From an uncultured Planctomycetota bacterium (GTDB lineage Bacteria > Planctomycetota > Phycisphaerae > Tepidisphaerales > Tepidisphaeraceae), in the NCBI GenBank assembly GCA_963841915.1, contig CAWJEN010000006.1, forward strand, positions 512,001-576,000: 64,000 bases of DNA, read 5' to 3'. Of this stretch, positions 19,346 through 28,155 are shown piece by piece; position 1 is the first letter of the stretch, and every line of letters begins with the position of its first letter. The position numbers and the translations under genes were made by a program. A model generated the notes under the pieces. That model had not been told where the DNA came from. It worked only from the letters and a program-made list of their open reading frames with translations, and ran no database searches.

Positions 19346-19855
19346 GTGTTGACCTTGCCCGACCTTCTGAGCCAACTTCGCGAGGCAACGCGGCCGATTC
19401 ATGATGAGCTCGACGCGATGCAGGTGCCCAACACAACGGCTGCGTACATCGATTTTCTGGCAGCCATGTGCCGCTCGCACGCATCGCTGACACGTGTTCT
19501 CGGTCAGACGCAGGTCGATCAGGTCGAGCGTTTACGGGCGGATTTGCGGGATCTAAGAGCGGCAACACCGTTGACGTTGACGTTCGACCACGACGGCGGC
19601 GAGCTGGGCGTGCGGTATGTCGTGCTTGGCAGTCACTTTGGGAACAAGTCGATGCTTGCGAGCATCAAAGCCGCCTTACCAGATGTGCCGACGCGGTTTT
19701 TGTCGGGTGACGGACTGGAAAGCGAGCGCTGGAAAGCTTTCAAGGCGACGCTGCTCAACGTCGATCCGCAGGCCAATGATCTGCACGTAAGTGCCGCCGT
19801 AGCAACGTTCCGACACTTTGAGCGGGGCTTCCGGGAGCCGAAGATGAGGGCGTAG
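19346..19855 (+). CDS. bphO: Biliverdin-producing heme oxygenase (BphO/HemO-like)
   Basis: LREATRPIH (heme-ligand His), YVVLGSHFG, W..F, A..TF; directly upstream of a phytochrome. Confidence 0.8.
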   Translation: MLTLPDLLSQLREATRPIHDELDAMQVPNTTAAYIDFLAAMCRSHASLTRVLGQTQVDQVERLRADLRDLRAATPLTLTFDHDGGELGVRYVVLGSHFGNKSMLASIKAALPDVPTRFLSGDGLESERWKAFKATLLNVDPQANDLHVSAAVATFRHFERGFREPKMRA

Positions 19856-19868
19856 CATCTCTGGCTTC

Positions 19869-22268
19869 ATGGATGATTCGGCCCAACTCGAACAGGCGAC
19901 GACCGCAGATCCGCGGCATGAGTACGACCTTTCAGACTGCGACCGCGAGCCGATCCACATTCCGAATCAGATTCAGCCGCACGGCGTGCTTCTCGTCGTT
20001 GGGATGGAGAGTAAGCGTGTCGTTCAAGCTTCGGTCAACGCGACGGAGCTATTTCCCGGTGCCGTCGTCGGGCAGACGCTGAAGGACGTGCTAGGTGATT
20101 CGACAGCGGACTGTGTCTTTAGCCATGTTGACGAACCGGGCTACGCAATCTTACCGGCAAGGCTCTGCAGTCTGACCGTCAAAGGCGTCGAGCATGCCGT
20201 CAGCGGGCACGTTCATCCGGACAACGGACAGCAAATTCTGCTCGAGGTCGAACCCGACGACGGTAAGACGTCGGTCGACGTCGGCAACGACGTCCGTGAG
20301 GTGCTCGTCAAGCTCCATACGGCTGAGGATCCCGAGGGTTTTTGTAACGATCTGGCCGATCACGTCCAACAGTTGACCGGATTCGACCGCGTGATGGTCT
20401 ACCGGTTCGACGCCGACTACAACGGATCAGTCGTCAGCGAGTCGATTGATCGTGCAGCGGTCGATCGCATCGAGCCGTTTCTCGGCCTGCACTACCCGGC
20501 CACTGATATTCCAGCACAGGCGCGGGCGTTATATCTGCGGAACTGGCTTCGGCTGATTCCGGACATGAGCTATGAGCCGGTGCCGTTGACACCTGCGGAT
20601 AACCCGCTCGTGCCCGACGGTCAGCGACTGGATATGAGCTTTGCGCTGGTTCGCAGCGTCTCGCCGATCCACGTCGAGTACCTGCAGAACATGGGCGTGA
20701 CAGCGACCATGACGCTGAGCCTGATCGACCTGCGCGGCCGCGACGGCGAGGTGCGTCGGCCGACGGGCGGATTTGATCCCATGAGTGAAGGCGGGCCACG
20801 CCTGTGGGGCCTTATCGCCTGTCACCACTACACCGGGCCAAAGCACATCAGCTTCGCGAAGCGTTCAACCTGCGACGTCATCGCTCGCATGGCCAGCCTG
20901 CAACTTTCGACGCAGCGGGCAGGCCTGGAGAGTCGCAAGCTCGCCAGGACACGCCAAGTCCAGACGCACCTCGCCTCGGCGGCAAGTGAGACGCTCAACG
21001 CAGATACGTCGCTCTACGAAACGCTCATCCACGGCAAAACGTCGCTCGCTGACCTTGTCGAAGCCGACGGCGTGGCGGCAGTTTCCATGCAGCAGGTTGT
21101 TTCCTCCGGCACGTCACTCGATGACGCGACGCTGCGGCAAATCGCGTCCTGGGCTTGTGACGAAGCGTTCAAGTCGCAAACGTCGACAGCCGTCGTGCAC
21201 ACCGATCGGCTGACGCTTATTGCCCCAGAATTTGCCGACCACGAAGCCGTTCGAGCCGAGGCGAGCGGCGTGATGGCAGTCCCGCTGTCTCCCGACGGTG
21301 AAGCGCTGTTGTGGCTCAGACGCGAACAGGTTCAGAACGTTAACTGGGCCGGAAACCCGGAAAAGGCGATCGAAATCAGCAGCGACGGTGGCGAGATCCG
21401 CATGTCGCCGCGGAAGAGCTTTGCAAAGTGGCAGCAGTCGCTGCTCGGTAGAAGTGAGGCGTGGAGCGACGCCGACGTCTCGTCGATCAGGGAGTTTCGT
21501 ACGACGCTAAGCGAGCTTGTCATTAGGCGTTCGAGCCAGATCGAGCAGCTCAACGATGAGCTTGCACGAAGCAACGCCGACCTCGACGCTTTTGCCTACG
21601 CAGCGGCGCACGATCTTCGTGAGCCGTTGCGCGGTATTTCAAGCTTGGCCGCCTTTACGTTGGAGGATTTTGCTGACTCTTTGGAGGATGAAGCGGTTCG
21701 CAACATCACCCGCATGCAGCGGCTGGCAGTACGGATGGATGGGCTTGTCAGGTCGCTGTTGGACTTTGCCCGTATGCGCGGCACTGCCATTTCGATGGAC
21801 CCTGTTCGCCTCGATGCTGTGGTGGAGGAGGTGCGCGAAAGACTGTCCGATCTCGTCAGCCGACGCGACGGTGAGATTGTCATCGTCAACGAGCTGCCGA
21901 CCGTCCGAGGTGATGAGACGCTTATCGCCGAGGTGTTCCAGAATCTGATCAGCAATGCCATCAAGTACAGCCCGGACGCGCCGCGGCGTGTAGAGGTCGG
22001 CATAGGAGATGCTCCTTTCGGCGGAAGAGCGCTGTTCGTCAAAGACAACGGGGTCGGCATCAGACCTGAGCATCGGCAGGATGTCTACACCATCTTCCGG
22101 CGGTTCCACATCGAGGATCAACGCTTTACCGAAGAGGGAGGCACGGGAGCCGGGCTCACGATTGTGCGTCACGTCATCGAGCGGCACGGCGGCAAGATCA
22201 GAGCGGCAGACAACGCCGACGGCTCGAAGGGCACTACCTTCTGGTTCACCTTCGGCCAGCCGCTGTAA
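19869..22268 (+). CDS. bphP: Bacteriophytochrome histidine kinase (PAS-GAF-PHY-HisKA-HATPase)
   Basis: CDREPIHIP.IQPHG (biliverdin-binding Cys), GFDRVMVYRF, DIP, SPIH.EYLQNMGV, LWGLIACHH, WAGNP, PRKSF, HDLREPLR, NLISNAIKY, DNGVG, GTGAGL. Confidence 0.96.
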   Translation: MDDSAQLEQATTADPRHEYDLSDCDREPIHIPNQIQPHGVLLVVGMESKRVVQASVNATELFPGAVVGQTLKDVLGDSTADCVFSHVDEPGYAILPARLCSLTVKGVEHAVSGHVHPDNGQQILLEVEPDDGKTSVDVGNDVREVLVKLHTAEDPEGFCNDLADHVQQLTGFDRVMVYRFDADYNGSVVSESIDRAAVDRIEPFLGLHYPATDIPAQARALYLRNWLRLIPDMSYEPVPLTPADNPLVPDGQRLDMSFALVRSVSPIHVEYLQNMGVTATMTLSLIDLRGRDGEVRRPTGGFDPMSEGGPRLWGLIACHHYTGPKHISFAKRSTCDVIARMASLQLSTQRAGLESRKLARTRQVQTHLASAASETLNADTSLYETLIHGKTSLADLVEADGVAAVSMQQVVSSGTSLDDATLRQIASWACDEAFKSQTSTAVVHTDRLTLIAPEFADHEAVRAEASGVMAVPLSPDGEALLWLRREQVQNVNWAGNPEKAIEISSDGGEIRMSPRKSFAKWQQSLLGRSEAWSDADVSSIREFRTTLSELVIRRSSQIEQLNDELARSNADLDAFAYAAAHDLREPLRGISSLAAFTLEDFADSLEDEAVRNITRMQRLAVRMDGLVRSLLDFARMRGTAISMDPVRLDAVVEEVRERLSDLVSRRDGEIVIVNELPTVRGDETLIAEVFQNLISNAIKYSPDAPRRVEVGIGDAPFGGRALFVKDNGVGIRPEHRQDVYTIFRRFHIEDQRFTEEGGTGAGLTIVRHVIERHGGKIRAADNADGSKGTTFWFTFGQPL

Positions 22269-22802
22269 TTGACGGCTCTACCGTTGAGCGTGTCAGACCT
22301 TGCTGTTGCCGTTAGCGACCACGATCACGCCACCGGTTCCCGCCTTGCCGACGCACGATTTGTGCTGGTCGAGTACGGCGATTACGAGTGCCCTTCGTGT
22401 GCCGCCACGCAAGTTCACGTCGAGAAGCTGTTGGCAGAGCGGGACGATGTGTGCGTGGTGTTTCGCCACTTTCCGTTGACCAGCGTGCACCCGACGGCCG
22501 GTGTGGCGGCACAAGCTGCCGAGGCGGCGGCGGCGCAGGGTAAGTTCTGGCCCATGCACCACGCCCTCTACGAGTCGCCCGGCGGTGATCCGACGAACGA
22601 CCTCGACGCCACCGCCATGCGGATTGGCCTGGAGCTTTATCGCTTTAACAATGACCTGACGTCCGGCATCTACGCACCCAAAGTCGCCGCTGATGTCGAC
22701 GGTGGCAAGCGCTCGGGCGTGACCGGGACGCCGACCTTCTTCCTCAACGGCCGCAGGCTCAAGCTCAGGTCGCCCGCCGATCTCGCCGCAGAGCTGGAGT
22801 AG
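22269..22802 (+). CDS. DsbA-like thioredoxin-fold oxidoreductase
   Basis: EYGDYECPSC, FRHFPL, QGKFW, GVTGTPTFFLNG; no signal peptide. Confidence 0.88.
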   Translation: MTALPLSVSDLAVAVSDHDHATGSRLADARFVLVEYGDYECPSCAATQVHVEKLLAERDDVCVVFRHFPLTSVHPTAGVAAQAAEAAAAQGKFWPMHHALYESPGGDPTNDLDATAMRIGLELYRFNNDLTSGIYAPKVAADVDGGKRSGVTGTPTFFLNGRRLKLRSPADLAAELE

Positions 22803-22806
22803 CACC

Positions 22807-23001
22807 ATGCCGATCTACACCGTCCCGCCACAGCTTGAACGCTTCGTCGTCGCCCGCGGCAGCGACCGCTCCTGGGTCGTTGTGGCCGAAGATGATCACG
22901 CGTTCGTCATCCCGTGCCGAGACGAATCGCAGGCGAAGGCAATTTGCGAGCAGCTCAACAAGAACGACCACGACGGAACTGTCGTGGTCGACTTGCTGTA
23001 A
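22807..23001 (+). CDS. Small hypothetical protein (64 aa)
   Basis: Starts 4 bp after the DsbA-like stop; typical codon usage. Confidence 0.6.
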   Translation: MPIYTVPPQLERFVVARGSDRSWVVVAEDDHAFVIPCRDESQAKAICEQLNKNDHDGTVVVDLL

Positions 23002-23018
23002 CGGGATGACGCGAGGCC

Positions 23019-24425
23019 TCAGTGCCCCTCGACCGGTTCGCCGAGCATCGATTTGAGCTCGGTAAGCTTGTCCTGAAGGGCGCTAGCTTCCTTGGCTTCG
23101 AGGTTCAGGCGGAGCATCGGCTCAGTGTTGCTCTTGCGGACGTTGAACCACCATCCTTCGGCCTTGGCGTTGACGGTGATGCCGTCGAGGTAGTCGACTT
23201 CCTGGGTCTTGTACTTGTCGGCGAGGGTGCGGATCATGCCGTCCTTGTCCTCGACCTTGAAGTTCATTTCACCGCTCTGGTGGTAGCGGTCGATCGGACC
23301 GGCCAGGCCGCTGAGCTTCGTGTCGCTACTGCTCAGAATGCTCAGCGTCTTGGCAAAGGCGATTGCGCCGCTGTCGGCGTTGAAGTTGTCGCGGAAGTAG
23401 AAGTGACCGCTGAGCTCGCCACCAAACACGCCGCCCGAATCGGCCAAAGCCTTTTTCATGAAGACGTGACCGACGCGTTCGCGGATCGGCTTACCGCCCG
23501 CTTGCTCGATCTCTTCTGCAAGGGCATGCGTGGATCGAAGGTCGTAGACGATGCTGCTGCCGGAATTACCTTCTTCCTTGAGGAATTCGCGGGCGATGAT
23601 GGCCGTAAGGATGTCGCAGCCGACGACTTCAGCGTTCTCATCGATGAACAGGCACCGATCGGCGTCGCCGTCGAAGCAGACACCTGCATCGACGCCGTCG
23701 CCGGCTTTAACGCCTTCCTTCAGCTGGACGAGGTTCTCCTCGACGAGCGGGTTGGGCTCGTGGACGAACGGCACGCCGTACTCGAAGTTGATCTCAGACA
23801 TCGTCAGGTTCTCGACGCCGCCGAAGACTTTGGGAAGCATCATGCCGGCCATGCCGTTGGAGGCGTCGACGACGATGTTGACCGGCCGCTTGAGGTCGAG
23901 GAACTTCAGGACGTGCTCGCGGTAGGCGGGCCAGATATCCTCTTCGACCGTGGTACCGGCCTTGCCCGTTTCGCCGCGTCGTGAGAGTTGCTGAGCGATG
24001 CGTTCGATGTCCTTGAGGCCGGTCTGGCTGCCGATGGGCTTAGCGCGTGGGCCGCTGATCTTAAAGCCGTTGTACTCGACCGGGTTGTGACTGGCGGTGG
24101 TCTGAATGCCACCGACGCAGTCGAAATGGTTGATGGCGAAGTAGATGCACGACGTGTCGATCATGCCGACATCGATGACGTTCATGCCGGTCGAGCGGAT
24201 GCCGTCGATGAGTGCGGTGGCCAGTTCGGGCGAGTGGGGCCGCATGTCGCGCCCGACGACCATCGTGTCCATCTTGCCGACAGGTTTGCCGAAGTTACCG
24301 GCTGACCGTTGCAGGAAGACGGCCGCTGCGTGACCGACCTTCCAGGCGTCTTCCGGACCGAGCGGGTCGGGGTACGTGGCGCGAACGTCGTAAGCCTTGA
24401 AGATTTTGCTGATCATTTCAGACAC
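23019..24425 (-). CDS. Phosphomannomutase/phosphoglucomutase
   Basis: FKAYDVR, TASHNP, FDGDADR, GGELSGH, RKSNTEP. Confidence 0.95.
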   Translation of the reverse strand: MSEMISKIFKAYDVRATYPDPLGPEDAWKVGHAAAVFLQRSAGNFGKPVGKMDTMVVGRDMRPHSPELATALIDGIRSTGMNVIDVGMIDTSCIYFAINHFDCVGGIQTTASHNPVEYNGFKISGPRAKPIGSQTGLKDIERIAQQLSRRGETGKAGTTVEEDIWPAYREHVLKFLDLKRPVNIVVDASNGMAGMMLPKVFGGVENLTMSEINFEYGVPFVHEPNPLVEENLVQLKEGVKAGDGVDAGVCFDGDADRCLFIDENAEVVGCDILTAIIAREFLKEEGNSGSSIVYDLRSTHALAEEIEQAGGKPIRERVGHVFMKKALADSGGVFGGELSGHFYFRDNFNADSGAIAFAKTLSILSSSDTKLSGLAGPIDRYHQSGEMNFKVEDKDGMIRTLADKYKTQEVDYLDGITVNAKAEGWWFNVRKSNTEPMLRLNLEAKEASALQDKLTELKSMLGEPVEGH

Positions 24426-24489
24426 ACCCTACGTCGACGGCTCACGCACGTGCAGGGGCAAAGGGGGCGTAGTGTGTTAATGTCAAGTC

Positions 24490-25110
24490 ATGACCGCTGC
24501 CAAGGAGATTGATTGGTCGAAGCCTGTTCGAATGACCGAGGCTGAATACCTGGCCTTCGAGGCGCAGTCCGACGAGAAGCACGAGTTCGATGACGGCGTC
24601 GTTCGGCCGCTGAGCCGGCTGATCATGATGGCCGGTGGGACGAGGTCGCACAGCCGGGTCATTGCGCGGATCATTCGCAGCATCGGAAACGCGCTCGATG
24701 GCACAGGTTGCGAGGTGTACGAGAGCAACCTTGCTGTCAAGGCGCGGAACGATGTCCGGTACAGCTACCCAGACGCCAGCATCGTGTGCGGCAAGCCGGA
24801 GGAAGATCCGGCGTCGTCTGACCACGTCATCAACAATCCCATCTGCGTCATCGAGGTCCTCTCACCCGGCACTGCGAAATACGACCGCACAGACAAGTTC
24901 GACAGTTACGCCCGCATCGAGTCGCTTCGCGAATACGTCCTCATCGAGCATGACGACCCGGTCATCCAGACACTTTATCGCGAGGAAGACGGCCGCTGGA
25001 CCTTTGCCAGCTTCCACGGCCGCGACGCGGTGGCCAAACTACGGAGCGTCGACATCGAGATCCCGTTGAACGCGCTCTTCGACATGCCCGAGAACGAAGA
25101 CGCAGCTTGA
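24490..25110 (+). CDS. Uma2 (DUF820) family endonuclease-like protein
   Basis: MTEAEYL.E, KHE, MAGG, YPD, IEVLSP.T, LREYVLI. Confidence 0.9.
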   Translation: MTAAKEIDWSKPVRMTEAEYLAFEAQSDEKHEFDDGVVRPLSRLIMMAGGTRSHSRVIARIIRSIGNALDGTGCEVYESNLAVKARNDVRYSYPDASIVCGKPEEDPASSDHVINNPICVIEVLSPGTAKYDRTDKFDSYARIESLREYVLIEHDDPVIQTLYREEDGRWTFASFHGRDAVAKLRSVDIEIPLNALFDMPENEDAA

Positions 25111-25126
25111 TGAAGCTGGGCGCACG

Positions 25127-25154
25127 AAAAAGCCCCTCCGATCGCGGAGGGGCT
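25127..25154 (-). terminator. Rho-independent terminator of the desaturase gene
   Basis: AGCCCCTCCG-atcg-CGGAGGGGCT perfect stem with an A-run on its left (U-run on minus strand). Confidence 0.75.
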
Positions 25155-25174
25155 GAGAAGCTCGAGTCATCTGC

Positions 25175-26149
25175 TCAATGCTGCCGCGGGTTCATCTTGG
25201 CAGCTTGACGTTGACGGTTCGGCACCTTGACGTCATAGGCGAGGCCGACCAATTCCATGATCTTGATGACAATGTAGCTCGCGTCGAACTCCCACCACCG
25301 CAGGCCATGGCGGGCGCTTGTGGGGAAAGCGTGGTGGTTGTTGTGCCAGCCTTCGCCGAGGCCGAGGAAGCCGAAGATGACGTTGTTGCGGCTTTCGTCG
25401 TTGCTCTTGAAGGGGCGGCTGCCCCAGAGGTGGCAGACGCTGTTGATGCTCCACGTGATGTGGTGGACGAGCAGCAACCGAACCAGGCCGCCCCAGATGA
25501 AGCCGAGGAAGACGCCTGTCCAAGACATTGTCAGCAGTCCGCCGATGACGGCCGGGATGATGAAGCCCATGAGGGCCCAGACAGTCCAGAGCTTGCTCAT
25601 GACCATCGTGACTTTGTCGGCCCGCAGGTCTGGGTTGTACTTCTCGAGATTCTTCGGATCGCCCCGGAAGATCCAACCGATGTGGGCGTGCCAGAAGCCT
25701 TTGAGGACACCCTTAACGCCGCCGCCGTGGTGGTGGGGCGAGTGCGGGTCATGCTCGTGGTCACTGTGCTGGTGGTGGCAGCGGTGCATCGCCGCCCAAG
25801 TGGTCGGCGGCCCCTCAACGCTGGTCGAGCCGAGAAAGACAAGGAACGCCTTCACCACAGCGTTGGTCTTGAAGCTCTGATGGGTGAAGTACCGGTGATA
25901 ACCGACCGTCACACCCAACGCGGTGGCGATGTAGCCACCGACGAGCAGAAACGCGTACGTCCACGAGAACCCCCAGCCCCAGCTCAGCGCGATGCCAGCG
26001 ATGAGAGCAACGAACGGCAGGATCACGACGATCAGGCTGGCGATCTTTTCACCCCAGCCTTGCTCGTCGAGGTGATCGGTGGGTGGATGGGCGTGACCCT
26101 CCGAACGCGCAGGGGCGACGGTGGTGACGGCGTTGGGCGTTACGTCCAT
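25175..26149 (-). CDS. Acyl-CoA/acyl-lipid delta-9 desaturase
   Basis: His boxes HRYFTH, HRCHH, HNNHH; DPHSP; NSVCH; GEGW. Confidence 0.95.
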   Translation of the reverse strand: MDVTPNAVTTVAPARSEGHAHPPTDHLDEQGWGEKIASLIVVILPFVALIAGIALSWGWGFSWTYAFLLVGGYIATALGVTVGYHRYFTHQSFKTNAVVKAFLVFLGSTSVEGPPTTWAAMHRCHHQHSDHEHDPHSPHHHGGGVKGVLKGFWHAHIGWIFRGDPKNLEKYNPDLRADKVTMVMSKLWTVWALMGFIIPAVIGGLLTMSWTGVFLGFIWGGLVRLLLVHHITWSINSVCHLWGSRPFKSNDESRNNVIFGFLGLGEGWHNNHHAFPTSARHGLRWWEFDASYIVIKIMELVGLAYDVKVPNRQRQAAKMNPRQH

Positions 26150-26304
26150 GTGATCGAGAGTCTACGGGAAACGGTGAGTCGGTGGGACGAGCAAACGAGG
26201 AAAGGCGCTACTCGCCCGGCGACCCCTGCCGCGGTGCATCGTACGCGATCTATGCCAACGGGTTCGCCTCCCTTAAATCGTCCCGCGGCGATATGCCGCT
26301 GCAG

Positions 26305-27108
26305 TCAGGCGGCCTCGAGTTCCGCCCCCCGCTCAGCGGCGGCAGTGACGGCGTCATCGACAAGTTTCTGCAGCCCACCTGCCGCAAAGGCCTGCAACGC
26401 CGCCGCCGTCGTGCCGCCCGGGCTCGTCACCCGACGCCGCAGCTCCGCAGGCGTGTCACCCATCGGTGAATCGAGCAACGCTGCCGCGCCCACAAAGGTT
26501 TGACGCGCCAGCAGCATCGCCTCGTCCGCACCAAGTCCCGCACGCTCACCGGCTGCAGCAAGCGCTTCGACGATCGCGAAAAAGTAGGCCGGCCCGCTGC
26601 CGCTCACGGCTGTGACAGCGTTCATCTGCATCGCGTCCACCTCCACCGTCACCGATGACGCGAACAGGCGGTGAAGCACCCAATCTATGTCCGCCTCCGT
26701 CGCACCAGGCCCCCTGGCGATGGCAACCACGCCTCTACCGACCAGCACCGGCGTATTTGGCATCGTCCGCACGATCCGCCCGCCGGGCAGACGCTCGGCA
26801 AGAAAGTCGCCCGTCACGCCTGCTGCAATGCTGACGAACAACTTTCCGTTGGCAAGCTCTCGCAGCGGGGCAATGGCGTCGGCCATCACCTGCGGCTTAG
26901 TCGCCAGCAGCACCACGTCGGCCTCCGAGATCGCCTTCACCACGTTCTCCATCGGCTCGGCTCCGGTAAACGAGCCGCGCTTGGCCTCGTCTGGATCGCA
27001 CGCGATGGCTCTGCCCACTGCCGGCGACTTTGCGGCGAGCACTGCCGTCAAGATCGCGCCGCCCATGTTGCCACAGCCCAAAACGGCCAGCGTCGGTTGA
27101 TCCTTCAT
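26305..27108 (-). CDS. proC: Pyrroline-5-carboxylate reductase
   Basis: GCGNMG, KPQ, SIAAG, RTMPNTP, AVSGSGPAY, VTSPGGTT. Confidence 0.96.
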   Translation of the reverse strand: MKDQPTLAVLGCGNMGGAILTAVLAAKSPAVGRAIACDPDEAKRGSFTGAEPMENVVKAISEADVVLLATKPQVMADAIAPLRELANGKLFVSIAAGVTGDFLAERLPGGRIVRTMPNTPVLVGRGVVAIARGPGATEADIDWVLHRLFASSVTVEVDAMQMNAVTAVSGSGPAYFFAIVEALAAAGERAGLGADEAMLLARQTFVGAAALLDSPMGDTPAELRRRVTSPGGTTAAALQAFAAGGLQKLVDDAVTAAAERGAELEAA

Positions 27109-27131
27109 GCTCCGACGGTACAGCCGTCGCG

Positions 27132-27800
27132 TTACAGCTGCCGATGGACGCTCCGCGGGGCGTTGACGATAAGGTTGCCGCGGAAGAAACGAATGGTGGC
27201 GGTGCCGCCGTTGTCCTGCCAGATGTCGGGGCGGATGGTCGCCTGGATGAGGTCGATGATCTCTTGTGCCCGCTCGGCCTCTGAGTCTTCATCGTCCCCG
27301 CCGCGACCACCGCTCTGGCCGCCGCCGCCGCCGTTGTTGCCACCGCCACCTTGGCCGCCTTGACCACCACCATTGCCGAGGTTGTCCGGGTAAAAGTCCG
27401 GAATCGTCACGAGCAGGTCGCGAATGTCGTACGTCCGCACGACCGTCTTGGCGTCGGCGATGCGCTGGGTCGTGACGTGCACCACGCCGTCGTCGACGTA
27501 GTAGTCGAGCGTCTCGATCGGCCGCACGGCCCGCAGGGCGAATTTCAGAATGACTGCCGGCGACGTCCGCGGCAGTTGCAACGATATTTCCGTCTCCCGC
27601 AGCACGCCTGCCGCCTCCAGCGCCGCCCAGTCAACGTAAAATGGCTGTCCCGTCACGTTCCGCAGGTACGCGATGATGTCCTCGAACGGCACCTGATCGA
27701 AGTCGACTGTCGCCACCGTCGCCTGCCGCGGTGCAGGTTGAGCCGACGCGACAGCGGTGCCGACAAGCAGTGCGGTAACGGCAGCGAGGATCAGACGCAT
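27132..27800 (-). CDS. Exported protein with secretin/TonB N-terminal (STN/N-domain)-like region and Gly-rich loop
   Basis: Signal peptide; VDFDQVPFEDII.YL, RTYDIRDLL, LIQATIRPDIW, LIVNAPRSVH. Confidence 0.65.
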   Translation of the reverse strand: MRLILAAVTALLVGTAVASAQPAPRQATVATVDFDQVPFEDIIAYLRNVTGQPFYVDWAALEAAGVLRETEISLQLPRTSPAVILKFALRAVRPIETLDYYVDDGVVHVTTQRIADAKTVVRTYDIRDLLVTIPDFYPDNLGNGGGQGGQGGGGNNGGGGGQSGGRGGDDEDSEAERAQEIIDLIQATIRPDIWQDNGGTATIRFFRGNLIVNAPRSVHRQL

Positions 27801-27846
27801 GGGGCACTTTCTGCTGGCTGTGAGCTTAGAATCAGTCGGTGTCGGC

Positions 27847-28119
27847 TTACTTCGACTCGACCGTCTCGGCCGAAATCTGCTTCTTGAACGGCTCTTCCTC
27901 GGCTGGTTTGGGCAGGGCGGGCTTGTCGCTTTCGGCCTCGATCTCGTCGCCGATGCCTTTGAGGCCGCGCTTGAACTCGACGATGCCCTTGCCGAGTGAT
28001 CGGCCCACTTCAGGCAGTCGCTTCCCGAAAAAGAGCAAACCGAGCACGCCGATGATGGCCATCTCGCCCGGTCCGGGCGTCCAGAAGGCAAGCGTGGTCG
28101 TCAGTGGGTAAGTTATCAT
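27847..28119 (-). CDS. tatA: Twin-arginine translocase subunit TatA/E
   Basis: PGPGEMAIIGVLGLLFFGKRLPEVGRSLGKGIVEFKRG. Confidence 0.92.
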   Translation of the reverse strand: MITYPLTTTLAFWTPGPGEMAIIGVLGLLFFGKRLPEVGRSLGKGIVEFKRGLKGIGDEIEAESDKPALPKPAEEEPFKKQISAETVESK

Positions 28120-28155
28120 GGCGTGAATCTCCGGAGCAAGGCGTTGGCCTCTAGC

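Noticed and set aside
24490..25110. Uma2 nuclease as a defence or restriction system
   Set aside because: Solitary gene with no methyltransferase or partner; the family is commonly expanded in planctomycetes
27296..27375. GCC/ACC-rich repeat
   Set aside because: Simply encodes the Gly-rich loop of 27132..27800
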